Part shown: piece by piece, positions 52,405-63,197 of the stretch
Layout of the letters: the number at the start of each line of letters is the position of its first letter
Numbering within the stretch: position 1 is the stretch's first letter
NCBI GenBank assembly: GCA_963838355.1
Contig: CAWIQQ010000002.1
Location: 2,827,831-2,891,830 of the forward strand
Length of the DNA: 64,000 nt
Direction of reading: 5' to 3'
Source: an uncultured cyanobacterium
Lineage (GTDB): Bacteria > Cyanobacteriota > Cyanobacteriia > Cyanobacteriales > Nostocaceae
The notes under the pieces: model-generated
Database searches by the model: none
What the model was told of the DNA's origin: nothing
Seen by the model: only the letters and a program-made list of their open reading frames with translations
Translations under genes and position numbers: made by a program

Positions 52405-52685
52405 GAGCCACTTGCGTGCGGTGAGACTAGTTGGGGGTGTCGGTTTCCGGAGCCACTGCGAACCCGCACGGTCCCCTCGGTTGTAGCAAGTGGCGTTCCC
52501 CCAAAAAGCGCGGACTTCGAAGCGAGGCGTTAGCCTTACCCGGAGGGGGGTGGGGAACGTTGAGCAAAGTGGCGTGGGGGAGATGGGGGAAAAGGAGACA
52601 AGGGGAGAAATTTATTCAATTACCAATGCCCAATTACCAATTACCAATTACCAGTTACCAATGCCCAATTACCAATTCCAAATCT
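52405..52685. repeat. Composite GC-rich small dispersed repeats plus STRR tract
   Basis: AGCCAC twice, AGTGGCGT twice (nested-looking), then TTACCAA/TGCCCAA heptamers. Confidence 0.6.
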
Positions 52686-52886
52686 AAAATTTATTAACTA
52701 TTAACGGTACAGAAAGTATTTATATTTGATATAATTTATAATCTGAAAGTTGATGTGTGTTTAATCAGCTTTTCTGCGCTAGGATAATATTGGATATAAG
52801 TGTGGAGTGCCAAAACGAGGCGATTGGATATACATCGCTAGGAGGCAAAAAAATTTTACGGAGAATAAAACCAGGAAACATAAAGC

Positions 52887-54143
52887 ATGGTAAATGTCAA
52901 TCAGAAACCAACCAATGATATTGGGTTTACACACGACGATTTCGCGGCTTTACTTGATAAATACGATTATCACTTCAGCCCAGGGGATATAGTTCCAGGT
53001 ACAGTTTTTAGTTTAGAGCCGCGCGGCGCTCTGATTGACATTGGTGCTAAAACGGCAGCATATATACCTATACAAGAAATGTCAATTAACCGGGTGGATA
53101 ACCCGGAAGAAGTATTACAATCTAACGAAACGCGGGAGTTTTACATTCTCAGCGATGAGAACGAAGAAGGTCAGTTAACTCTTTCTATTCGCCGTATTGA
53201 GTATATGCGGGCTTGGGAACGGGTACGTCAGCTGCAAACAGAGGATGCCACAGTGCGTTCCGGCGTATTCGCAACTAACCGTGGTGGTGCTTTGGTACGA
53301 ATTGAAGGATTGCGTGGCTTTATTCCCGGTTCTCATATAAGTACTCGCAAGCCAAAAGAAGATTTGGTGGGCGAAGAACTACCATTAAAATTCTTAGAAG
53401 TAGACGAAGAACGCAACCGCCTTGTATTGTCTCATCGACGGGCACTGGTTGAGCGTAAGATGAACCGTTTGGAAGTAGGCGAAGTTGTAATCGGTACAGT
53501 TCGCGGAATCAAGCCTTACGGTGCCTTTATCGATATTGGTGGTGTAAGCGGTTTGCTACACATTTCCGAAATTTCTCACGAACATATTGATACGCCCCAT
53601 AGCGTGTTCAATGTCAATGATGAATTGAAAGTAATGATTATTGACTTGGATGCGGAGAGAGGTAGAATTTCACTTTCTACCAAGCAGCTTGAACCCGAGC
53701 CTGGCGACATGATTAAGAATCGGGATGCGGTATTTGATAAAGCAGAAGAAATGGCTGCTAAATTCCGCGAACAGTTGTTAGCTAAGGAACAAGGCATAAC
53801 TCCTGAAGCTGCACCTTCCTCAGAGGAAGCACCGGCAGCAGTTGAAGAAGCAACCGCAGAGGAAGCACCGGCAGCAGTTGAAGAAGCAACCGCAGAAACT
53901 GAGGCAACCGTAGAGGAAGCACCAGCCGCAGTTGAAGAAGCACCAGCAGAAACTGAAGCTCCAACAGAAGAAGCACCAGCAGAAACTGAAGCAACCGCAG
54001 AAGAAGCACCTTCTGAGGAAACTGAAGCTAAAGCAGAAGAAGCACCTTCTGAGGAAACTGAAGCTAAAGCAGAAGAAGCACCAGCAGAAACTGAAGTTCA
54101 AAATGAAACTCAAGAGGAAGTTGCAGCGGCTGTCGAAGAATAA
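52887..54143 (+). CDS. rpsA: 30S ribosomal protein S1 with acidic repeat tail
   Basis: IGFTHDDFAALLDKYDYHF, three S1 domains; about 110-aa EEAP-repeat tail. Confidence 0.95.
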   Translation: MVNVNQKPTNDIGFTHDDFAALLDKYDYHFSPGDIVPGTVFSLEPRGALIDIGAKTAAYIPIQEMSINRVDNPEEVLQSNETREFYILSDENEEGQLTLSIRRIEYMRAWERVRQLQTEDATVRSGVFATNRGGALVRIEGLRGFIPGSHISTRKPKEDLVGEELPLKFLEVDEERNRLVLSHRRALVERKMNRLEVGEVVIGTVRGIKPYGAFIDIGGVSGLLHISEISHEHIDTPHSVFNVNDELKVMIIDLDAERGRISLSTKQLEPEPGDMIKNRDAVFDKAEEMAAKFREQLLAKEQGITPEAAPSSEEAPAAVEEATAEEAPAAVEEATAETEATVEEAPAAVEEAPAETEAPTEEAPAETEATAEEAPSEETEAKAEEAPSEETEAKAEEAPAETEVQNETQEEVAAAVEE

Positions 54144-54195
54144 TGAATTTATCGTTATAGACGCTTATAAGAGTTTAGAGTTTTGTAAATATTTG

Positions 54196-54218
54196 AAGAG
54201 GGGAAACCCTCTTTTTTT
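54196..54218 (+). terminator. Terminator after rpsA
   Basis: AAGAGGG-GAAA-CCCTCTT followed by T run. Confidence 0.75.
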
Positions 54219-54391
54219 ATTGGGTAATAGGTGATAAGTTGTTACGCATTTAATTTGTATTACTCTAGCGGGCAAGATGCCCGCACTACAATATTTTCAA
54301 ATTTTTGCATTATACAATGCCCGCTGCACATCAGCTTAGGTAATAAAAAATATCTAAAAACCTTTTCTTCCTACTCCCACTCCTTGCTAGT

Positions 54392-55444
54392 TCAATTCAA
54401 CGAAACCAATTGCGATTCGATATCAGAAGACTTCAAATCCTTACCGATAAAAACCAAACGAGTAAGTCTAGCTTCTTCAGGTTTCCAGGCTCTATCGTAA
54501 AATTGTTCAAAGCGATTTCCAACACCTTGCATTACCAAACGCATCGACTTATCTGGTACGGCAACAAAACCTTTAACGCGAAAAATTTCTTGCTGCTGTA
54601 CTAAAGTTTGTAATTGCTGCTTCAACTTTTGCGGATCAAAAGTACGGTTTAGAACTACATGATGAGAAGTAATTTCATCGTCGTGTTCGTGTTCTTCTTC
54701 GGTATCATGATGAGAAGGGCGTTGATCTAAATTGTCTTCAACAGCGGCTTGTAAACCTAATAATATAGACGAATCAACTTCGCTTTGATGACTTTCAACA
54801 ATTTTCACAACTCGTGGTAATTCTTGATTAACTAAATTTCTGACTTCAGCTAAGGTTTTTTCATCCACCAAATCGGTTTTATTTAACACCACCAAATCTG
54901 CACAAGCAAGCTGATCTTCAAATAATTCTTGTAATGGTGTCTCATGCTCTAAACTATCATCAGCTTGACGTTGCGATTCTACTGCTTCTAAATCGCTAGC
55001 AAAAGTTCCAGCAGCAACCGCTTCACTATCCACCACGGTAATTACGGAATCGACTGTAGCAGCATTGCGAATTTCTTGCCAGCGGAAAGCTTTGACTAAA
55101 GGTTTTGGTAAAGCTAAACCAGAAGTTTCAATCAAAATGCAGTCGATGCTGTCTCGTCTTTTGATTAACTCTTGCATCGTCGGTAAAAACTCTTCTTGTA
55201 CCGTGCAGCAAAGACAACCGTTAGTTAATTCGTAGATATTATTATCGTTATTATCGCCGCTTTCCTCTTCCGGGCAAACTTGACAAGATTGTAATAATTC
55301 CCCATCAATACCAAGTTCGCCAAACTCATTGACTATAACAGCGATACGTCTTCCTTGATTATTTTTTAGTAAATTACGAATTAAAGTAGTTTTGCCACTA
55401 CCTAAAAAACCTGTGATAACAGTAACGGGGATTTTTGCAGCCAT
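54392..55444 (-). CDS. cobW: Cobalamin biosynthesis COG0523 GTPase CobW
   Basis: GFLGSGKTT, VNEFGELG, GCLCC, IETSG, FEDQLACAD, NKTD, RVKG. Confidence 0.9.
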   Translation of the reverse strand: MAAKIPVTVITGFLGSGKTTLIRNLLKNNQGRRIAVIVNEFGELGIDGELLQSCQVCPEEESGDNNDNNIYELTNGCLCCTVQEEFLPTMQELIKRRDSIDCILIETSGLALPKPLVKAFRWQEIRNAATVDSVITVVDSEAVAAGTFASDLEAVESQRQADDSLEHETPLQELFEDQLACADLVVLNKTDLVDEKTLAEVRNLVNQELPRVVKIVESHQSEVDSSILLGLQAAVEDNLDQRPSHHDTEEEHEHDDEITSHHVVLNRTFDPQKLKQQLQTLVQQQEIFRVKGFVAVPDKSMRLVMQGVGNRFEQFYDRAWKPEEARLTRLVFIGKDLKSSDIESQLVSLN

Positions 55445-55526
55445 ATGTATAAAAAGCTCTGTGTATCGGTGTTTGGAGCGTTTGGGGTATTGTTATTTTA
55501 CGATGAAACGGTATCTGGAATAGCGA

Positions 55527-55662
55527 AAACTTTGTAAAATGCCAAGACGAACAAAAGTAACGAAATAAAATTAACTATCCACAATTTCCCTACTACCCAA
55601 CCGAGAGTCAACCACTAAATCCGTACTTTCCTTCTGAATATAACCACGATTTTACAAAGTTT
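55527..55662. repeat. 14-bp perfect inverted repeat pair upstream of cobW
   Basis: AAACTTTGTAAAAT (55527-55540) / ATTTTACAAAGTTT (55649-55662). Confidence 0.55.
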
Positions 55663-55922
55663 GGGATTGCTTCCTTACGTCGCAATGACTATAAGCTACC
55701 TTACACGTAGGTAAGTCCTATAATGGTTATTTTTTGGTAAGTTGTTAAATATTGTTTTGATTGCTTCTTTATTACTTATTAGCAAAATTCATTACTATCA
55801 TAGATGCTCGATGGTGCGTGACGCTATAACATAATTAATCGTTTATCCTCTAAATTCAGGTGAGCGTCACACACCCTACTCCCTACTCCCTATTCCCCAT
55901 TCCCCATTCCCTACTCCCTAAC

Positions 55923-56582
55923 ATGATTGAAGCTGTAATTTTCGATATGGATGGTTTGTTGATTGATTCCGAACCATTATGGCAACAGGCAGAAATCACT
56001 ATATTTAAGCAAGTTGAGATTATTCTTATTCCTTCTATGTGTCTGCAAACTAAAGGATTGAGAATTGATGAAGTTGTGGAATATTGGTACAAAAAATATC
56101 CTTGGGATAAATTATCTAAAAAACAAGTTGAAGAAGCAATTGTTAATAAATTAATTGAGTTGATTCATACTGAAGGTAAGGCTTTAGCTGGTGTTAACGA
56201 TGCAATTGAATATGTTAAAATCAAAGATGTAAAAATTGCTTTAGCTTCTTCTTCTTCATATAAAATTATCAATGCTGCTTTGGAAAAACTAAATATAGCT
56301 GATGATTTTGAAATAATTTATTCTGCTGAATCCGAAACTTTGGGAAAACCTCATCCCGGCGTTTATCTTACTACTGCCGAAAAAATGGGCGTATCTCCTC
56401 AAAATTGCTTGGCTTTGGAAGATTCCCTCAATGGTGTTTTAGCCGCAAAAGCTGCCCAAATGAAATGTATCGCTATCCCCGAAATGTCAGAAAATCATAA
56501 CCCAAAGTTCGCGATCGCCGATATGGTTTTAGAATCTCTAGAGCAGTTAGATGATAACGTTTGGGATTTTGTTAATTCGTAA
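55923..56582 (+). CDS. HAD-superfamily sugar/hexitol phosphatase (YniC/HxpB-like)
   Basis: IFDMDGLLIDSEPLW, GKPHP, LEDSLNG; likely start 55923. Confidence 0.85.
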   Translation: MIEAVIFDMDGLLIDSEPLWQQAEITIFKQVEIILIPSMCLQTKGLRIDEVVEYWYKKYPWDKLSKKQVEEAIVNKLIELIHTEGKALAGVNDAIEYVKIKDVKIALASSSSYKIINAALEKLNIADDFEIIYSAESETLGKPHPGVYLTTAEKMGVSPQNCLALEDSLNGVLAAKAAQMKCIAIPEMSENHNPKFAIADMVLESLEQLDDNVWDFVNS

Positions 56583-56601
56583 TTTGGTAATTTTTAAATC
56601 T

Positions 56602-56865
56602 TGTAGGTTGGGTTAAAAGCGCATGAATAATTCTGATGATATGGAAAGAATGAAAAAACGCTTTTAACCCAACATTTTATCAACAGATATAAGCGCGTTT
56701 GCAAGCCTGGGTGGGCTATGGTTTTTAAAATTATTGATGTTGGGTTTCTCTCCGTTTAACCCAACCTACAAACTATAACCTCATGTTGGGTTTCTCTCCG
56801 TTTAACCCAACCTACAAACTACTTTCTAAATTATGTTGGGTTTCTCTTTGTTCAACCCAACCTAC
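56602..56865. repeat. Cluster of four GTTGGGTT...AACCCAAC REP-like units
   Basis: One unit with 15-bp perfect arms plus three tandem ATGTTGGGTTTCTCT...AACCCAACCTAC units between convergent genes. Confidence 0.8.
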
Positions 56866-56985
56866 GAAGTTAAAATATCAAATTAGGGGTAACATCTTTA
56901 TAATTACCAATACATCGCATCAGCAATCATAAAGACACCACCCCTACAAATTAATTATTCAAGATTCTGAGTTTAAATTAAAACC

Positions 56986-57708
56986 TTAATCAGCAGTTGC
57001 CAATTCAGTTTCGTTATTACCGCGATTGCGACGACGGGTAAGAGTATTGAACAACATTTGTCCGATCGCTTTAATTAAATTACCTTCCAACTCTTGGAAC
57101 ATTTTCATGTTCATACCAAAAGCTGCGTTTGCTTCATCAACGATTTTATCTGCTGTTGCTTCGTCGATAGGCATTTCATCTAAAGCTTGACGATATTTTG
57201 CTTTAAATGCCTTTTCATCGTCAATCTCATCAAATTCGTAGAAAGCAATACCTTCTCCTTCTGATAGATTCATTGCTGTTTGAGCAATGTTTTTCAAAAT
57301 TTGTCCGCCGGATAAGTCACCTAAGTAACGAGTGTAAGAATGCGCTACTAATAATTCCGGTTCGTTTTGCGATACTTCGCGGATGCGATTTACGTATGCT
57401 TCACCTGCTGGCGATAGCTTGATTTGTTCGCGCCAGTTTGCACCGTAGTAATAGCTAAGATCTTGTTCTAAACTATGCTTTCTATAGAGTTCTTTAAAGT
57501 CGATTTTTGAAACAACTGGGTGGTTGGCGTGCTTTTCCAACTCTTCTTCCATCGCACTGTAAGCAAAGTAGAAGTTGGCAACTAATTTACGATAAGAATT
57601 TTTTTCAACGACTCCTTTTAAAAAGCACTTAACAAAACCAACGTTTTCTGCCATTGTGTGGGCTTTTTTGGTGCCTACACGTAATTTGGTTGCTAAATCG
57701 CTACTCAT
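56986..57708 (-). CDS. ho1: Heme oxygenase
   Basis: LRVGTKKAHTMAEN, HSYTRYLGDLSGGQ, AFGMNMKMF. Confidence 0.93.
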   Translation of the reverse strand: MSSDLATKLRVGTKKAHTMAENVGFVKCFLKGVVEKNSYRKLVANFYFAYSAMEEELEKHANHPVVSKIDFKELYRKHSLEQDLSYYYGANWREQIKLSPAGEAYVNRIREVSQNEPELLVAHSYTRYLGDLSGGQILKNIAQTAMNLSEGEGIAFYEFDEIDDEKAFKAKYRQALDEMPIDEATADKIVDEANAAFGMNMKMFQELEGNLIKAIGQMLFNTLTRRRNRGNNETELATAD

Positions 57709-57902
57709 GCTAAATTTCTCAACAATAAAAAGGTTAACTATTCATACGGTCGTTTCAAAGTATGAAGTTTTGAGTGAGTAGAAGCTCTTAGAAGCTAGCT
57801 CGCAGCGGTACAACGGTAGTTATTACGGGAACAGTGTCCTCAATCCTAACTAACCTATAACAATTCACCACTGAGCGCATCTACATTAAACTTCCTTCAT
57901 CT

Positions 57903-57916
57903 GTAACCGTCCATAC
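57903..57916. promoter_or_regulatory. Possible NtcA box upstream of ho1
   Basis: GTA-ACCGTCCA-TAC about 195 bp upstream; no -10 element at canonical spacing. Confidence 0.3.
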
Positions 57917-58527
57917 TGAAAACAACTACTTAAAGGTAACATTAGAGCTAATTGATGATAATTTCTATTAAAATTTCTTAAGCTAATTGAATTAATCAGT
58001 TTTAGACTAGAATACACAATTTGTGTCAACTCCAAAAACCCGAAGTTTTTGTTAATTTTTATTACAAAAAGTTAATTTATAGCATAATTATTCATGTTTA
58101 CTATAAAAGCGCTTGATAAGTAATAAGTATTACTTTTAACAGCTAGCTAAGTATTAGTTCTAGTATGTAAAAATACAGGTAATTTGTATGTCACCTCTAT
58201 TAAAAATAAGCTTTTAAATATATTAGGAACATGATTTATAGAAATAACATAATTAACTTAGAAATGACTTGAAACTTACTTTAAATGCTCTTCAAACAAG
58301 TTTTTGATACTATCAGGGATAATACCGACTTGATTAAATCTTCATATTTGCTTGATGAAATTTATAAGTATGTTTGCTCAAAAGTACCATTATTAGAATA
58401 AATTTATAGAGAGAAAAATAAAAACGGTATATTAAACAGTCCTGATGAAAAGGTATTCAATAGGAATTGTTCAATCAGCGTATAAAGTGTTATTCTCCTG
58501 TGTGAGTGTGTGGAGCTTTCTAAAGTT

Positions 58528-60003
58528 ATGGTATCATTTGTAACTAGAAGTCACGGTGGTATTCGTGGGGACTCTGCTGCTGAGGCTAATGGATGGAAAA
58601 AAGCCTCTGCAAGCGGTTTCGGGCAGAATTCGTTGGTGCTGCCGAAATCTCCTCTGTTTGGTACTGATGGAATTCGTGGAAAAGTTGGTGAATTGTTGAG
58701 CGCACCTTTGGCATTGCAGGTGGGCTTTTGGACTGGGATTATATTGCGTAGTCGTGCCCAGAATAAAGGCCCAGTGATTCTCGGACAAGACTCTCGTAAT
58801 TCTAGCGATATGCTGGCAATGGCTTTGAGTGCCGGGTTAACAGCAGCTGGTTTAGAGGTGTGGTATTTAGGCTTATGTCCTACACCTTGCGTTGCCTACT
58901 TGAGCAGCATCACAGATGCAATAGGTGGAGTAATGATTTCTGCCAGCCATAATCCACCAGAAGACAACGGCATTAAAATTTTTGGTGCTGATGGTATTAA
59001 GCTATCCAAAGCGTTGCAGCAAGAGATTGAAGCGGGTTTGCGAGGTCAAGCATCGCCTGCGGTGAGTATAAGTAATTGCGGACGGCACTACTCGCGTCCG
59101 GAGTTGATAGAAGAATATGCCCAAATATTAAAACAGCCGCTGCATGGAAATATAAATCTCCAAGGAATGAAGGTTGTTTTAGATTTGGCATGGGGAGCAG
59201 CGGTTGGATTAGCAACTTCTGTATTTACAGAGTTAGGGGCAGAAGTTATTTCCCTACATAATCAAGCAGATGGCGATCGCATTAATGTTGATTGCGGTTC
59301 GACTCATTTAGGTATTTTACAGGCATCTGTAAAAGGAAATAATGCCGATTTGGGCTTTGCATTTGATGGTGATGCAGACAGAGTATTGGCAGTAGACAAT
59401 ACCGGAAGAGAAATTAACGGCGACTACATTCTTTATCTTTGGGGTAATTCTTTACAGCAGAAACAAGAATTACCGGATAATTTAATTGTTTCTACTGTGA
59501 TGGCAAATCTAGGCTTTGAAAGAGCTTGGAACCTTTGCGGCGGTAAATTTACACGTACCGCAGTTGGAGATCAACACGTACAAGCGGAAATGCTGCGGGC
59601 TGGCTCCATGTTAGGAGGCGAACAATCCGGTCATATTCTTTGCCGTCACTACGGCATAACTGGAGATGGTTTGTTAACAGCTTTGCACATAGCAGCTTTA
59701 GTACATCAAGCAGACGTACCTTTGTCCGAAATGGTAAATCAAAGCTTTACAACTTATCCACAGTTATTGCATAACGTGCGAGTAGAAGACAGAGAAAAGC
59801 GGGTAGGTTGGAAAGACTGTCAACCGTTGCAAGATGCTATTTCCCGTGCCGAAACAGCAATGGGTGATTCTGGTAGAGTATTAGTTCGCGCTTCAGGCAC
59901 GGAACCTTTAATCCGAGTAATGGTAGAAGCTTTATCAGCCGCAGATGCTAACCGTTGGACAAAAGAATTGGTTGATGTAGTGCAGCAGAATTTGGCAGCA
60001 TAG
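58528..60003 (+). CDS. glmM: Phosphoglucosamine mutase
   Basis: [36 protein letters not shown]; likely start ATG 58528. Confidence 0.93.
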   Translation: MVSFVTRSHGGIRGDSAAEANGWKKASASGFGQNSLVLPKSPLFGTDGIRGKVGELLSAPLALQVGFWTGIILRSRAQNKGPVILGQDSRNSSDMLAMALSAGLTAAGLEVWYLGLCPTPCVAYLSSITDAIGGVMISASHNPPEDNGIKIFGADGIKLSKALQQEIEAGLRGQASPAVSISNCGRHYSRPELIEEYAQILKQPLHGNINLQGMKVVLDLAWGAAVGLATSVFTELGAEVISLHNQADGDRINVDCGSTHLGILQASVKGNNADLGFAFDGDADRVLAVDNTGREINGDYILYLWGNSLQQKQELPDNLIVSTVMANLGFERAWNLCGGKFTRTAVGDQHVQAEMLRAGSMLGGEQSGHILCRHYGITGDGLLTALHIAALVHQADVPLSEMVNQSFTTYPQLLHNVRVEDREKRVGWKDCQPLQDAISRAETAMGDSGRVLVRASGTEPLIRVMVEALSAADANRWTKELVDVVQQNLAA

Positions 60004-60291
60004 AGAATTTTACGGTTTTAGATTGGTAAATTTAGATAGTTGGAACGTGGTTAGTGGTTAATTGTTGATAGCTAGGGAATAGGGAACGGGGAAGAGGGAA
60101 CAGCATATATCCTTAGTTCTTTGTTACTTTCGAGATATCTACTTTGTTCTTTTTTTATCCATATTGACCAACTGACCCAACGAATACAATGTAGTAGTGT
60201 TAGATGACAGGATATTATCGACAAATAAATATCCACTAACTACTATCTACCAACCATCTTTAATTTACTAATCTAAAATCTTAAATTTAAT

Positions 60292-61998
60292 ATGCTCAAG
60301 TCCAAAGGTAAAAAAAATAAGAATAAAAAAAGCAAAAATAATAAAAAGCAGTTAAAAAAAGAACAGCCACAACTGACTATAAAAGAAAAGTTAGCCCAGA
60401 AACGCAAAGCAACTAGAACGCGGCAAGAACTTTTTGACCTACTCTCCAAATCTGGAGGAGTAGGTCTTGTTTTAGGGATTGCGGCATTTTTTGCTGGAGG
60501 AATCAAATTAGCCCTGCCTGCGATGATGGGGGTGATAGTACTAGCGCTTTCTTATAAATATCCCCGTCAAGCTTTATTCGGGTTTATTTTTTACGTCCCA
60601 TTTGCGGGTACAGTAACTTATCTACTCGGTGGAAATGCGATACTTCAATTAGCAAAAGATGGCTTTTACATTCCGGCAGTCATAGCACTGTGGCAAAAAT
60701 GCCGCAAGCAGAATTTACCTTTTATCATCCCGCAAGGTATAACAAAACCATTATTTATTTTATTGGGCTTATGTATTTGTACGCTGTTGTTTATCAACGG
60801 AATGCAACAGTTTTTCCCACCTCCTCCACCACTGTTTAAAACACCACCAAAATCAATGCCCTTAGGAATGGGACTTTTAGGACTTAAGGTATTTATGGGT
60901 TACATACCTTTAATGACCTGTGCCTATTATTTAATTCGCAATAAAAAAGATTTTCTGTTTGTATCAAGAGTCCAAGTTGTCCTCATACTCGTGTGCTGTT
61001 TACTCGGAGTTGTTCAATATGCGTTATTAGTTGTGGGCATTTGTCCGGGGACTCGTGACGCTGTAGGACAAGATTTATTTAAAGCAACATTGTCAGCCCG
61101 ATGTTTAATTGGTGGTGCATTGGTTTTTAGTCCCAGTCAAGGAATGATTAGGCTGCCAGGTACTTTTGTCGCACCTTGGCAATGGGCTTGGTTTTTAATT
61201 TCAAGCACCTTCTTCACATTCGGTACTGGCTTTAGCGATCCTTCTGCAAAATGGAGGATAGTTGGTTTGCTTTCTTTAGCAACTGTATTTGTCAATGCTG
61301 TAATTTCCGGACAAAGAATTGCCTTAGCCCTGGTACCTGCTTGCTTAGTATTATTGCTGCTACTTACAGGACAACTTGCCAACCTCAAAAGATTTGTTCC
61401 CATTTTTGGTGGACTAATTTTGGTTTTGACAATTGCGATCGCAAGTAATCCCGCAGTTGTCCAAGAAAGACTTGATAGCTTTATTAGTCGTTGGAATGCT
61501 TCGCCACCATACGAATTTATCACCCAGCAATTTGAGGAAGTTTCTCACAATACTAGAAACCCATTCGGAAACGGTTTAGGAAAAGCGACTAACTCAGCCA
61601 GGATAATGGGACCGACCAAATTAGTAGAAACATACTATCCTAAAGTGATGTATGAAGTGGGAATTTTGGGAGTATTAGGATTTTTAGGATTAGTTACTAC
61701 CCTAACAATTACTGGCTTCAAAACTTACCGTAAAGTAAAAAACCGTAATTTCCGTGGTTACGGAGCAGCTTTATGGGTGTTTATATTGTTTATAAGTTAC
61801 AACACCTACTATTATCCTTTAGATGTTGACCCGGTTGCTGTTTACTACTGGTTTTTCGCAGGGGTGCTTTTCAAACTGCCAGAAATAGACAAGCTAGAGA
61901 GACTTAAAGAGGAGCAAAATCAAGAGGTAATTGATGTATCTGCTGAAGTATCTACTAAAACTAAACGCAAGGGCAAGATTGTAGAAAACCCGCTTTGA
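60292..61998 (+). CDS. hpsL: Hormogonium polysaccharide membrane protein HpsL-like
   Basis: Lys-rich N-terminus (KEKLAQKRKA), polytopic, RLPGTFVAPWQWAWF; context with hps-type GTs (recalled). Confidence 0.7.
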   Translation: MLKSKGKKNKNKKSKNNKKQLKKEQPQLTIKEKLAQKRKATRTRQELFDLLSKSGGVGLVLGIAAFFAGGIKLALPAMMGVIVLALSYKYPRQALFGFIFYVPFAGTVTYLLGGNAILQLAKDGFYIPAVIALWQKCRKQNLPFIIPQGITKPLFILLGLCICTLLFINGMQQFFPPPPPLFKTPPKSMPLGMGLLGLKVFMGYIPLMTCAYYLIRNKKDFLFVSRVQVVLILVCCLLGVVQYALLVVGICPGTRDAVGQDLFKATLSARCLIGGALVFSPSQGMIRLPGTFVAPWQWAWFLISSTFFTFGTGFSDPSAKWRIVGLLSLATVFVNAVISGQRIALALVPACLVLLLLLTGQLANLKRFVPIFGGLILVLTIAIASNPAVVQERLDSFISRWNASPPYEFITQQFEEVSHNTRNPFGNGLGKATNSARIMGPTKLVETYYPKVMYEVGILGVLGFLGLVTTLTITGFKTYRKVKNRNFRGYGAALWVFILFISYNTYYYPLDVDPVAVYYWFFAGVLFKLPEIDKLERLKEEQNQEVIDVSAEVSTKTKRKGKIVENPL

Positions 61999-62150
61999 TG
62001 AGGATGGGCATGGGGCATGGGGAATGGGGCATTGGAAAATATTTATCTACTGCCTACTCCCTACTATTAACTCATAATTCCTAACTCTTAACTCCTAACT
62101 TCTAACTCTTAACTATTATTAATCTAAAATCTAAAATCTAAAATTCCTAT

Positions 62151-63188
62151 ATGTCAGACCCTTTAATTTCAGTAATTATACCGACCTACGGGCGCGAAGA
62201 AGCGTTGCGAGATAGCATCGTAGATGTGCTTAAGCAAGATTATTCTAATTATGAAGTTTTGGTAGTAGACCAAACTCCAAAACATAAACCTGAAATTGAG
62301 GCTTATTTAAAAGAGCAAGCAGCAGGTAATAAAATTCGATGGTATCGCTTGGATTGGGCAAGTTTACCGGGAGCGCGTAATTATGCGGTGCGGCGGTCTG
62401 CGGGTGAGATAATTTTATTTATCGATGATGATGTACTGTTAGAACCGGGATTTTTGGCAGCACACGCGAAAAATTATCAAAACCCAGAAATAGGGGCTGT
62501 TGCGGGAAGGGTGTTCGACCGTATGAAGATGGAAGATTCGGCTAAAGGTTATACTCAGGGCGACGGTAATTATACAGAGCTTGAATATCTACCTCCTCAA
62601 GCAATGGACCCCGGAATTGCTTGGTATTATATTGACTTAGTGCATACTACAAAACCCCAGCAAGTTTTGACAGCAAGGGGTTGCAATATGTCTTTCCGTC
62701 GCGAACTATTTACTAAGCACGGATTGCATTTTGATGAAAGATTTCGCGGAAGTGCGGTGCGCGAAGAGTCGGATTTTTGCCTGCATATTCGCAAGACAGA
62801 ATATAAAATTTGGTACGATCCAGAAGCGCATTTGGTGCATTTAGGAGAAGAGACTGGTGGTTGTCACGATATCAGTACTCGTTCAACTAAATATCAGTTT
62901 ACCTTCTATCACAATCATTTCTTATTAGGTCTAAATAACTTAAATGTCAATCAAGCTTTGCGTTTTTACGCTCGTTTATTTGACTGTCACGTTTTAGGAA
63001 GGCCTCCCTGTCACAAAAGCGGCTCTCCGATCAAAATCTTAACTCGCGGCGTTTTTTATACATTAGGGTTTTTCAAAGCTTTAGGAACTAAAATTCAGTC
63101 ATTATGGAATGACGGTCAAGTTTATACTCAGCAAGATAAAGTTGAGGTTGTGGAAACAAATTCTAAGAAACCTGTAGGAAGTTTTTGA
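62151..63188 (+). CDS. hpsN: GT2 glycosyltransferase HpsN-like
   Basis: SVIIPTYGR, FIDDD, FRGSAVREESD; context. Confidence 0.7.
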   Translation: MSDPLISVIIPTYGREEALRDSIVDVLKQDYSNYEVLVVDQTPKHKPEIEAYLKEQAAGNKIRWYRLDWASLPGARNYAVRRSAGEIILFIDDDVLLEPGFLAAHAKNYQNPEIGAVAGRVFDRMKMEDSAKGYTQGDGNYTELEYLPPQAMDPGIAWYYIDLVHTTKPQQVLTARGCNMSFRRELFTKHGLHFDERFRGSAVREESDFCLHIRKTEYKIWYDPEAHLVHLGEETGGCHDISTRSTKYQFTFYHNHFLLGLNNLNVNQALRFYARLFDCHVLGRPPCHKSGSPIKILTRGVFYTLGFFKALGTKIQSLWNDGQVYTQQDKVEVVETNSKKPVGSF

Positions 63189-63197
63189 AATTATTAA

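Noticed and set aside
52280-52887. Absence of nrdR between psbT and rpsA as a notable loss
   Set aside because: I cannot confirm nrdR is normally at this position in Nostocales.
55445-55860. Cobalamin riboswitch upstream of cobW
   Set aside because: The conserved B12-box elements could not be identified by eye.
56737-56865. Three tandem ~35-bp repeats as a CRISPR array
   Set aside because: Spacers are only about 7-11 nt, the units belong to a dispersed REP-like family, and no cas genes are present.
391-61523. Many short antisense or overlapping ORFs in the track (e.g. 391-675, 2195-2455, 4353-4691, 50361-50705, 53782-54234)
   Set aside because: Shadow frames of well-supported genes; those over rpsA reflect its low-complexity tail.
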